Shown here piece after piece: positions 36,213-46,909 of a DNA stretch of 64,000 bases. The notes beneath the pieces were generated by a model, which searched no databases, was not told the DNA's origin, and worked only from the letters and a program-made list of their open reading frames with translations. The stretch is from Macrostomum lignano. Lineage: Eukaryota. Where the stretch lies: NCBI GenBank assembly GCA_002269645.1, contig NIVC01000114.1, positions 62,001 to 126,000 of the forward strand. Reading direction: 5' to 3'. Each line of letters opens with the position of its first letter. The first letter of the stretch is position 1. The translations under genes and the position numbers were made by a program.

Positions 36213-36949
36213 TGGGCGTTGAGCGACAGCGAGGGTCGCCGGTCCCGGACGCCACCGGACGCCACTCTGCTGTCGGGTGCCGTCTTGACGGCATCAACGT
36301 GGAGGCGCCAGCAGCGCACCTGAGCCCTTTGTCTCAATTCGCACTGGAAGGAGTGGCGGGTCGGCAGTGAGGGTGAGGCAGAGAGAGATAGGCAGAGAGC
36401 CGAGCTGCTTGCCAACCAACTGGCTGAAGCTGCGGCAGTTGAGATGCCGTGCAGCGGCAGAGTGCGATAGAAAAACTCACCAAGGCGGTTTAAAAAGGCA
36501 CTTTCCTGTGCACCCGAGCCGCCTCACCCAACTGATGCGATTTCAAGCCATTCATTGTTTTGCTTTGAACAGACCAAAACACACTGAGTACAGGTGAGGG
36601 ACTGAGCAGCATTTTACAGCGCTCAGTGGGCCATTAAATGAATTTAAAGATCTCAGACTGCACTGGGGCACAATGGGTCAGCTCAGCCTCATGAATTACA
36701 GCTTGGGGTGGCCGCTGCAGCCGCAGCCTCTCCGTTGCCATGCTGGGTGCACAGAGGCGAAGGCGGCGGACATGCTCGCGGACATGCTCATGCTCGGGAG
36801 AGAAGCTTCGGTTGCTAAGGCCGGGGTGGTCGGCCTCGCCAGAGGCTGCAAAAGGGCGGCAGCTGAGAGTTGAGGCGGTAAAATCTTTCTGGTAACCGGC
36901 TGCACAAACCTTTGAAACTCCTGAAAAAAACCTGCCACCGGTTCTCCAG

Positions 36950-37280
36950 ACAGGAGAAGCACCGGTGACTGACAGCTGCTACTCTGACAGCAGACAGGAG
37001 AACCACCGGTGACTGACAGCTGCGACTCTGACAGCAGACAGGAGAAGCACCGGTGACTGACAGCTGCGACTCTGACAGCAGACAGGAGAAGCACCGGTGA
37101 CTGACAGCTGCGACTCTGACAGAAGACAGGAGAAGCACCGGTGACTGACAGCTGCGACTCTGACAGAAGACAGGAGAAGCACCGGTGACTGACAGCTGCG
37201 ACTCTGACAGCAGACAGGCGAACCACCGGTGACTGACAGCTGCCACTCTGACAGCAGACAAGAGAACCACCGGTGACTGC
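36950..37280. repeat. 44-bp minisatellite ACCGGTGACTGACAGCTGCGACTCTGACAGCAGACAGGAGAAGC
   Basis: Direct. Confidence 0.95.
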
Positions 37281-37766
37281 AAAAGAGTCGAAAACATCTT
37301 TAGGTAGGCGATGATTTCACTTTGCCATTGGAATATCCGAAATGAGCAGCTAAGCTACATATCCCTATAGCAGCAAGCAACAATTGGTCCCCACCGAATG
37401 AGCTGGAATGCACGTCACCCCCCCCCCTCCTTTGTAAATGCACTTTACCTATCTGTGAGCTCAGCCTTGCAGTTTCCGTCTTGCACCTCACATCCCTCCC
37501 CTCTCCACCCTCCCTCCCCTCTCCACCCTCCCTCCCTTCTCCCCCTCCCTACCCTCTTCCTACTCCTCTTTCTCCTTCCATCTCACTCCTTTCCTTTTTC
37601 TCGCTCACAGCATGAAATCATTTTTAGTAAGCTGTATACAGACCTCCTGACTCTTGAGCGCCTGCGGATGTTACTGGGTGTACTGGTGTACTTTTGATTT
37701 GCTCACTCACTGATAAATAAATTCAATTTGCTTCAATTTGCTTCGATTAGCCAGAGTAACACATCA

Positions 37767-38457
37767 CCTGAGCACTGCGACTTGTCACTCTGGGCTGGGA
37801 CCTGAGCACTGTGATCTGTCATTCTGGGCTGGGACCTGAGCACTGTGATCTGTCATTCTGGGCTGGGACCTGAGCACTGTGATCTGTCATTCTGGGCTGG
37901 GACCTGAGCACTGTGATCTGTCATTCTGGGCTCGGACCTGAGCACTGTGATCTGTCACTCTGGGCTGGCACCTGAGCACTGTGATCTGTCACTCTGGGCT
38001 AAGACCTGAGCACTGTGATCTGTCACTCTGGGCTGGGACCTGAGCACTGTGATCTGTCATTCTGGGCTGGGACCTGAGCACTGTGATCTGTCACTCTGGG
38101 CTGGCACCTGAGCACTGTGATCTGTCACTCTGGGCTGGCACCTGAGCACTGTGATCTGTCACTCTGGGCTGGCACCTGAGCACTGTGATCTGTCACTCTG
38201 TGCTGGGACCTGAGCACTGTGATCTGTCACTCTGGACTGGGACCTGAGCACTGTGATCCGTCACTCTGGGCTGGGACCTGAGCACTGTGATCTTCCACTC
38301 TGGGCTGGGACCTGAGCACTGTGATCTGTCACTCTGGACTGGGACCTGAGCACTGTGATCTGTCACTCTGGACTGGGACCTGAGCACTGTGATCTGTCAC
38401 TCTGGGCTGGGACCTGAGCACTGTGATCTGTCTCTCTGGGCTGGGACCTGAGCACTT
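37767..38457. repeat. 34-bp minisatellite (array in duplicated block B)
   Basis: Direct. Confidence 0.96.
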
Positions 38458-39189
38458 TAGCCCTTTGTCTCGATTCGCACTGGAAGGAGTTGCGGGTCGG
38501 CAGTGAGGGTGAGACAGAGAGGGGGCAGAGAGACGTGCTGCTTGCCAAATGAGAGAGAAAAACTCACCAAGGCGGTTTAAAAAGGCACTTTCCTGTGCAC
38601 CCGAGCCGCCTCACCCAACTGATGCGATTTCAAGCCATTCATTGTTTTGCTTTGAACAGACCAAAACACACTGAGTACAGGTGAGGGACTGAGCAGCATT
38701 TTACAGCGCTCAGTGGGCCATTAAATGAATTTAAAGATCTCAGACTGCACTGGGGCACAATGGGTCAGCTCAGCCTCATGAATTACAGCTTGGGGTGGCC
38801 GCTGCAGCCGCAGCCTCTCCGTTGCCATGCTGGGTGCACAGAGGCGAAGGCGGCGGACTCAGTGCTCATGCTCGGGAGAGAAGTTTCGGCTGCTTCGGCC
38901 GGGGTGGTCGGCCTCGCCAGAGGCTGCAAAATGGGGGCAGCTGAGAGATGAGGTGGTAAAATCTTTCTGGCCACCGGCTGCACAAACCTTTGAAACTCCT
39001 GAAAAAATTCCAGTTACGAAGCCGCCCCATTTACTATCTCCCGTCTTTTAGCCCTTCCTCTCTCCCTCTTCCTCGCCGCTCCACCTCCTCCTCTTTCTCC
39101 CTCTTTCAATCAATCCAATTCATAAACCAACGGAACAATATTTTCGCTCCTACCTTCCAGTGTAAGCACTCAACAGCGCATCAAGCGAA

Positions 39190-41247
39190 ATGAGTGAACA
39201 AATCAGTGCCCGTGAGGCTGCCACCACAGGAAATATCCAGGCACTCCGACATCATCTGAACCCTAAACGAGGAAGAAACAAAATATATCTTTTTTTGCAA
39301 AACCGTTTCAAAACTTGCTGCAACTAATGGTCACTTAGAAGTTGTCAAGTTTCTCGTGCCGACAGTCGCTGACCAAGCAAAAAGAGATCAGTGCTGCATC
39401 GAGGCTGTTGAATCTGCTGCAATCAATGGGCACTTAGAAATCGTCAAGTTTCTCTTCAAAAAAGTCGCTAACCAAACAAAAAGAGATCAGTGCTGCATCG
39501 AGGCTGCCAAATCTGCTGCAAGCAAGGGTCAGTTAGAAGTCATCAAGTTTCTCGTGCCGACAGTTGCTGACCAGACAAAAAGAGATCAATGCTGCATCGA
39601 GGCTGCCAAATCTGCTGCAAGCAATGGTCAGTTAGAAGTCGTCAAGGTTCTCCTCGAAAAATTCGCTAACCAAACAAAAAGAGATCAGTGCTGCATCGGG
39701 GCTGCTGAATCTGCAGCAAGCAATGGTCAGTTAGAAGTCATCAAGTTTCTCGTGCCGACAGTTGCTGACCAGACAAAAAGAGATCAGTGCTGCATCAAGG
39801 CTGCGAGAATAGCTGTAATCCGCGGTTATGTAGAAGTCGTCAAGTTTCTCCTCGAAAGAGTCGCTGATCAAACAAAAAGAGATGATTGCTGCATCGAAGC
39901 TGCCGAATCTGCTGGCAGAAATGGCCACATTGATATCGTCAAGTTTCTCGTGCCGACAGTCGCTGACCAAACAAAAAGAGATGATTGCTGCATCAAAGCT
40001 GCCGAATCTGCTGGGAGAAATGGCCACATTGAAATCGTCAAGTTTCTCGTGCCGACAGTCGCTGACCAAACAAAAAGAGATGATTGCTGCATCAAAGCTG
40101 CCGAATCTGCTGGCAGAAATGGCCACATTGAAATCTTCAAGTTTCTCGTGCCGACAGTCGCTGACCAAACAAAAAGAGATCAGTGCTGCATCAAAGCTGC
40201 CGAATCTGCTGCAAAAAATGGTCACTTCGAAATCGTCAAGTTTCTCGTGCCGACAGTCGCTGACCAAACAAAAAGAGATCAGTGCTGCATCAAAGCTGCC
40301 GAATCTGCTGCAAAAAATGGTCACTTCGAAATCGTCAAGTTTCTCGTGCCGACAGTCGCTGACCAAACAAAAAGAGATCAGTGCTGCATCGAGGCTGCGA
40401 GAATAGCTGTATTCCGTGGTCAGTTAGAAGTCGTCAAGTTTCTCCTCGAAAAAGTTGCTAACCAAACAAAAAGAAATCACTTCTGCATCGAGGCTGCTGT
40501 ATCTGCTGCAACAATTCTTGAGTGGGAAGTCGTCAAGTTTCTCGTGTCACAAGTCGCTGACCAAGCAAACAGAGATCGCTGCTGCATCAGAGCTGCCGAA
40601 TCTGCTGCAATCAATGGTCAGTGGAAAGTCGTCAATTTCATCTCGTGTCTCTTAAGTCCAGATCAGAGAGCGACTCTCCGTTTCGGATACGCAGGTCAGG
40701 CTTGCTCTCGTCTTCAAGAAGATGCCGTTGCCTCCCTCGGCGGTCTCGAACCCGACTGGCTCTTCCAATCGAGCTCCATCCTCAGCTTCACTGCAGCAAT
40801 GGCCATCGAAGGCAGGAACTCTGTTCTCAACGACACCCTCTCTCGAATGCAGCCAGCTCACATCACACAGCTGCTCCGTCTCTCCATCTCTCACAGACAC
40901 GTCGCTCTTGCTGTCACACTGATCAATGATGAGCGAGTCAGCACACAGCATGTCGATCTGCCAGACAGCACTGGAGTCACTGCTCTCATGATGGCAGCTG
41001 ATGCAGGTCATCACGAGCTCATTGAGAAACTCGTCGATCTCGGTGCGTCAGTGCGTGCTGAAGACAGTCAGGGTCGGACTGCTCTGTCACGAGCGTGCGA
41101 AGCCGGTCACGTGCGAGCAGCCAAGGCTCTGATGGACAGAGGAGCGGATGCGAGTCATCGAGACGGTCGGGGTCTGACGTGTGCGGAGGTGGCAGAGCGA
41201 TTTGAGCAGCGGCAGGTGCTGCGGCTGCTGGATCTCAGTAGAGAGGG
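39190..41247 (+). CDS. Paralog 1 exon 1: 13 full plus 1 partial 33-aa near-identical ankyrin repeats and 2-3 canonical C-terminal ANK repeats
   Basis: 99-bp units (e.g. 39961 vs 40060) with consensus CCIKAAxxAxxxGHxEIVKFLVPTVADQTKRDQ; C-terminal TGVTALMMAADAGHHELIEKL...GRTALSRACEAGH. Confidence 0.9.
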
Positions 41248-44200
41248 GTGAGTGAGGCGAGAATTTTGTGAATCTTTTTAGTATTTGATATTATATCCTG
41301 CTTTGGTAAAGCATTTTTGTTATGTTAGTAGGAAACTCTTGGTAAAATTGCTTAAAGCAAAAATATTTTAAAGAATAGTTGGGGTTACGCGACGAAGTGG
41401 TGAACACAGGAACGAGAGAAGAAGTGAGACAGACATGGGAAAAATGACAAGACAGAAGACAGAAAGTAAGAAATTGTTTTCTGAAGTTTCTGATGAGTCA
41501 AGAAGTAATTTTTGTGTCCAGTGAGGAGAGGCAGAGAGCGCTGGCAGAGAAGAAAAGCAGCCAAGCACCGGTTTGCTCAAGTGCAGCTCACTGCACACCG
41601 CAGACGTTTCAATATTTTCAACTCATCAGCAACCGAACTCTAGAATTTCCGGTCCAGCTAGCGATTTTCTTTTTAAATTTGCACATTTCTCCCATACTTT
41701 ACTCTGTCTTGCTCATTGCCTGCTTTCTTTCGGTCATCTGCTTCTACCTGGCTCCCTCCGCTTTTTGATACTTTTACCTGAAAGAGCATTGGAATTTGAT
41801 GAAGCTGGATTTTTAACTCAATCAAGAAATGTGTGGCGCGAAACATTCTAAAAGTCAACTGCTGTGAGAACCCTCGCTTTCCTTCCCGCATTGCAGAAGC
41901 CCAGAGGTCCGGCAGGCAGCCGCTCACCGCTTGGATTCGGGCCTTCATCGGTGAGTCTGACCGGTTCGGCTTTCACTGCCGCATTGCACCTTCCAACAGG
42001 CTGGCAGCTTGGGGCAGAAATTGCAGCGAAACTCAGGAGGGTTGAGATGGGTTGGACTGAGTGCTGCAGCAGCTACACTCTCAGCTCTCCTGCTTGAGAT
42101 GCCAGTCTGAGTGCTGCAGCAGCTGCACTCTCAACTCTCCTGCTTGATATGCCAGTCTGAGTGCTGCAGCAGCTGCACTCTCAGCTCTCCTGCTTGAGAT
42201 GCCCGTCTGAGTGCTGCAGCAGCTGCACTCTCAGCTCTTCTGCTTGTTCTGTCCATCCAACTCTGAGCAAGTCACCCACACGCATCTCGGATCATTCCAG
42301 GCTCCCAGACGACTCCCAGCAAGACAGGCGCATGAGCGAGGAGCTGCATCGACTGCTCAGCGATGCGGGATTCACCGAGCAGAGAGCAAAGTGTCAGCAG
42401 AGACTGGCTGACTGGCTGGAAGAAGTCGCTGGAGTCCTCACACAGGATGGCGATCGCAGGCGGATTACGGGCAGCTACGCAGAGGGCTGGGCCAACAGTC
42501 TGGTTCAAGTGAACGGCAGGACAGCTGCAGACTCGGACATTGACTGGACTGTGCTGGTTGCTAAGCAAGAGTTCCATCTGGAAGGTGGCTGCAGAGGACG
42601 ATCTGGTTCCTGCAGAGACGCCCCTCGACTGCAGGTCACGGAGGGCCACGCACAGGTGGCAGTGGGAGCAGGTGAGTGAGACTGGGTTCATCATCAGAAT
42701 GCTGAGATCCGCATGCAACTGGAAGCCCATTAACTTTGCTCAATTTTAAATTCGCAACCGAGTGGCGCCCAGCCTCCAGCATCTTCTGTGACTGCGAATG
42801 TCGGCTTGGGTGCTGAAACAAGCGGCAGGCGAAATTGAAAAGAAAACTTTGATGCCAACTTGCTGAGCCGGGCCATTAGGTTTTGAATTCACAGGCTCCG
42901 ATTGCAGCAGAGTGGGTGCCGCGGTGCTTGGGTGACCCACGGTAGGCGGCATGGCTCTGCTGAGGTGCCGCTGCTCTCACTTGGAAAATTTCAAACAAAA
43001 TAAAACGAAGCCGCCCTGACTGCCTGATCGGTGCCTTGCTGCGGGGCACTGAGTCCTGATGATGCTTGAGCAGCTGTGCTGAGCTGCAACCTGATGAAGC
43101 CAGAGCAGCTGAGCAAGTGTATAAATAAGTGGCAATAAATAAATGTACTTTCACGAGCGAATCGGCGGCCATTTCGAAGTGGAGGAAATGGCTGCACGCG
43201 CTGAAGATTTACCGCCACTACCTGCTCGGACGGCACTCACGGTCTTCACCGAGCACTGCCCGCTCACGTTTCTGAATTCCGAACGAGTCGACAGTCACGG
43301 CCGTCTCGGGCGCTGGCGGTTTCTACTGAGGGAATTCAACTTCACCATCAAGTACACAAAGGGCGTCGACAACGTGGAGGCGGACGGCCTGTCGAGAATG
43401 CACGAGAGCCATTGCGAGACGCTTCGAGCGTTGGCAACAGAGCTGCAGCCGCAGGTGCCCAACCGAGAGATGCGACAGGCACTGGAGAGCGACAGCACGA
43501 CTCCGCCAAGATGGCCCAACAGCAGCTTGTGACACCTCAGCCGCATCTGGCGGAAGTTGCGGATTCAAGACGGCCTTCTCTGCCGGGCCTTCAACGACGC
43601 TGCGGAACCGAGGGAGGTCCCGATGATTCCTCACTGACTTTCACGAGGGCATCGGCGGCTACTTCAGACCGGAGAAAATGGCCCACACGCTGAAGCAGAC
43701 CGCGTACTGGCCTGGGCTGCAGAGCGACGCGGTGAGTTTCTGCCAGGAGTGCCAGACCTGCCAGCTGAAAAAGGCGCAGCACCGGCCCGCAGCCCCACTC
43801 GGTGAGATGCCGATCGGCAAGCCCTGGCAGACGGTAGCGATCGATGTGTTGAAGGTCAGATCAGACCGAGGCAACAGATACCTGCTGGTGATGCAGGACC
43901 AGTTCTCCAAGTTCCTGACCGCCATGCCGATGCCAGATCAGACCGCCAAGACCATCGCGGACGCTGCAGTGAAGGTCTTCTCCCTGCTCGGAGTTCCATC
44001 CGTCCTCCACTCGGACCGGGGCGCGAACTTCGAGAGCGAGCTGTTCCAGGAGACGCTGCGAGCACTGGGCATCAGGAAGACGCGCAACACGCCGTACCAT
44101 CCGCAGGGAAATGGACTGGTGGAGCGCGGTAACAAGTCGCTGCTGCAGCTGCTGCGGCTGTTCGCCGAGACCGAGTCTAGCTGGGATGAGCAGCTGCCGC

Positions 44201-46909
44201 TAGCGGTCCTGTCCTACAACTCCAGGGTCCACAGCTCAACCAAGGTGGCACCGCTGACGGTGATGACCGGCCGCGACCCGCAGCTCCCGCCGAAGGTGCA
44301 GAGCAGCGAGCGGCAGTTCGACATCGGCACCTACTCGGCACAGCTGGAGCGGCGGCTCGCCCGGATCCGAGAGTTCGTCGAGGAGAACCTGCTGGTAGCC
44401 GCCGGGCAGCAGCAGAAGGCGGCTCACGACAAGAAGGCGACGGACCTGCCGCAGTTTCTCCAAGGCTTCGAGGTGCTGCTTAGCATTGAGATGCGGCGCT
44501 CGAAGGTGGCGCCCTACTGGGAGCCGGGTTGGACGGTGCTTGAGCAGCGCGGCCACTCGGTGTGCATCCGCCGCGCCTTCGGCAGCCGGCCGGTCTGCTG
44601 GGTGCACGTGAACCGGCTGCGCAAGCGGTTTGAAGCCCAGCCCGACTCTGACCAGCTCCGCCAGCCGCCGGTGACCCACCAGGTCGTGCCGGAGCGCAGC
44701 CCAGGACTTCTTTGGTGTTAGCACTGAGTGAGAGACCGAGACAGTTCTGTTATTGCGTCTGCTGTAGCTGTTTGCTTTTTTTGTGCTTCCGTTCCACTTT
44801 TTGATTCTATTACCTCATTTGCTTTTGCTCTTTTCATTGGTGGAGAATTGTAAAGTTTTATTCCTGGTCTCAGAGGCACACTCGTAGATATTGCTGAATC
44901 ATTGTCGTGTTTTAATATAGGAATGTACATCTCGCTTATATGTACATTGATGCCAATAAATATATCGTTCACTGCCAAATACCTCGGGTTACACAGATAC
45001 TTACGAGTATCAAAAGAGGTATTCAGCTATCTTTATTATGGTCGAATGAAACTCTCCATTGCGCGCTTGTCTTAAGTATTCTTATAAAGGCTTTAGGTCA
45101 ATAAAATGTTTTCATAATTACATGCCCGGTTTCGGCCTAAAAATATGAAAATTGAGTGGAAACTTCTACCTTTTGTGTTTGAAAGAATAGTAAATTCCAT
45201 TGAACTGTCGAATCCTCAAAATTCTCTCGCAGCCGAGAGAAAATATTGCTGTTTTAAATGATATTTCATTAGATTCAAAGCAACCCATCTTCTTCACTTT
45301 CCGCTCACTGCTCTCTACAGGCAGCCAACCTGCAGTGACAGACACGGCGTGCGGTGTGCGGCCTGCACAGCACACGTGCCATGCGATCCAGTGCTGCAGC
45401 AGTTTCTGTAAAGACAGAATTGAAAAACTGCTTAGAGACAGTCCTGATCAGGTTCACCTCGTTCGGGCGACCAGACCGAGCTCGACCAACGAGCTCAGAG
45501 TGAGCTTCAGCTTCCAAGAGAAACGCATCATGAGAGACCTGAGCACAGTCCAGGGCCAGCTGTTCAAACTCATCAAGTTCATCTTCAAGAGACACTTGCC
45601 GCTCACTCTGGACACACCTGGACTCAAGACCTACCATGCAAAGACTCTGCTCTTCACAATGCTCGAGAAGCATGGCGCAGATCCTGAAACTGAGACTTGG
45701 CAGCCCCACAATCTGATCGCTCTGCTCAAGGAGTCTCTCGACATGATGCTGAGCTTCATCGACTCAAGCAGCTCGCCCGATGAGTGCATGCCGCACTTCT
45801 TCATGCCCGACGCTCCGCTCTACTTCAAGAACGCTGGAATCGGCGGCGACTTCGACAACACGAAGGCGAGGGTTCAAGACCGACTTTGTGAGCTGAGAAG
45901 CGACATCGGCGGAGTGGTCGAGCAGCTGAAGAGACTCGTGAGACCTCTGCAGTCAGAGAAGTTCTACTTTCACCCGTTCACTCTGCTGCCTCTGACAGCG
46001 CCGCTTGCTGTCACCAACATCATAGAATTAATTGACTATCCACAAATGTACTACAAGTTCGCAGACGTGTACAGTGTGGTGCACCAGTGTGTGAGCGAGC
46101 TGCAGTCGGAATCGAGAAACAGAAGCACCCTGATGAGGCAGCTCAGTCTCCTGCATGAGCTGCAGTGGTGCAAATGCGCCGCCCTGTGCATGACCGCCAT
46201 GGCGTATTTGAAGTTCGGAGAATCTGAGGAGGCTGAGAGACTCACGATGAAGCTGCGGGGACATCAGGTTGAGTCGGGGTTGAAGCCATTGGATATTCGA
46301 GATAAGGGTAGATACCAGTTTAGTGAGATAAAGCTGCCAGAAGACTCTGACTGGGCGTGGAGGTTCTGCCTCCCCTGCGACTCTCCGCCTCGCTTCCCAT
46401 TCCTTCCCGAGTTCACGCAGACTCTGTTCACAGACAGACTGTCGCAGCCTCTCTCCTCCCACCTGTACGTGAACTTCCGCTGCCTGAGCTGGAGTCTCCA
46501 AGCTGAGCTGCTCCGCAATCGCGCACCTGCAATCGCATTCGATCATTGGATTGAACAGCTGCTTGGAGACCCGGACTTGGAGGAGCTGCTCACTCTGGCT
46601 CACTACAGCGACTGCCGCGAGCACGTGGAGCTCAGCCTGCAGCAGATGGAGATGATCGAGAAAGAGAGACGCGTCGCCATGGAGACGCAGGACGGGGAGA
46701 AGATCGGCTGGGTCAGGCAGAAGCGGTGGCGAGTTTCGAACCGCAGCGGCAGCGACAGCAGCGCTCAGCGCAGCAGGGAAGATGAGGAGCGGAGGCTGTG
46801 GGCGAGGGGAGGCTGCGGCGAGACGGGGTCGATTTTGGGTGTCTGGTTGCCATGGAAACTGCAGCGGAGCAGAGAGACAGCTGGACTCACGCCAAGCTCA
46901 GTCGGATGA
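39190..46909 (+). CDS. Ankyrin-repeat / cGAS-like (Mab-21, cGLR) nucleotidyltransferase fusion, paralog 1; exons 39190-41247, 41897-41950, 42301-42671, 45321-46909 (about 1356 aa after correcting a +1 T at 39290-39296)
   Basis: Junctions GG|GTGAGT (phase 2), TTGCAG|A...CG|GTGAGT (phase 2), TTCCAG|G...G|GTGAGT (phase 1) and CTACAG|GC are all in frame; the corrected CDS is 4071 nt = 1357 codons. NTase motif TGSYAEG...SDIDW; Mab-21 motifs LRVSFSFQEK, LIKFIFK, LKTYHAKTLLF, W.P.NL, MPHFFMP. Confidence 0.82.
42050..42245. repeat. 50-bp repeat (x4) in intron 2 of paralog 1; sister array at 62590-62780
   Basis: GAGTGCTGCAGCAGCTGCACTCTCAGCTCTCCTGCTTGAGATGCCAGTCT. Confidence 0.9.
42301..42671 (+). CDS. 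Paralog 1 exon 3: NTase catalytic GS/DxD motif
   Basis: RRITGSYAEGWANSLVQVNGRTAADSDIDWTVL; canonical AG/GT boundaries. Confidence 0.85.
43143..44721 (+). mobile_element. Ty3/Gypsy LTR-retrotransposon pol fragment (RNase H end, integrase HHCC and DDE), truncated, in cGLR intron 3
   Basis: VFTEHCPL...RLGRWRFLLREFNFTIKYTKGVDNVEADGLSR (RNase H end); YWPGL...CQECQTCQ (Zn finger); VAIDVL, HSDRGANFES, PYHPQGNGLVER (D,D35E). Frameshifts between the segments; no gag or RT visible. Confidence 0.92.
45321..46909 (+). CDS. Paralog 1 exon 4: Mab-21 C-lobe plus helical C-terminal region
   Basis: ORF 45200..46909; HLVRATRPSSTNELRVSFSFQEKRIMRDLSTVQGQLFKLIKFIFKRHL...LKTYHAKTLLFTMLEK. Confidence 0.87.

Noticed and set aside
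41833-42045. ORF-track frame VNCCENPRFPSRIAE... as the linker exon
   Set aside because: That frame is phase-incompatible with the flanking exons. The TTGCAG acceptor at 41896 gives a 54-bp exon in a different frame that fits both neighbours in both paralogs.
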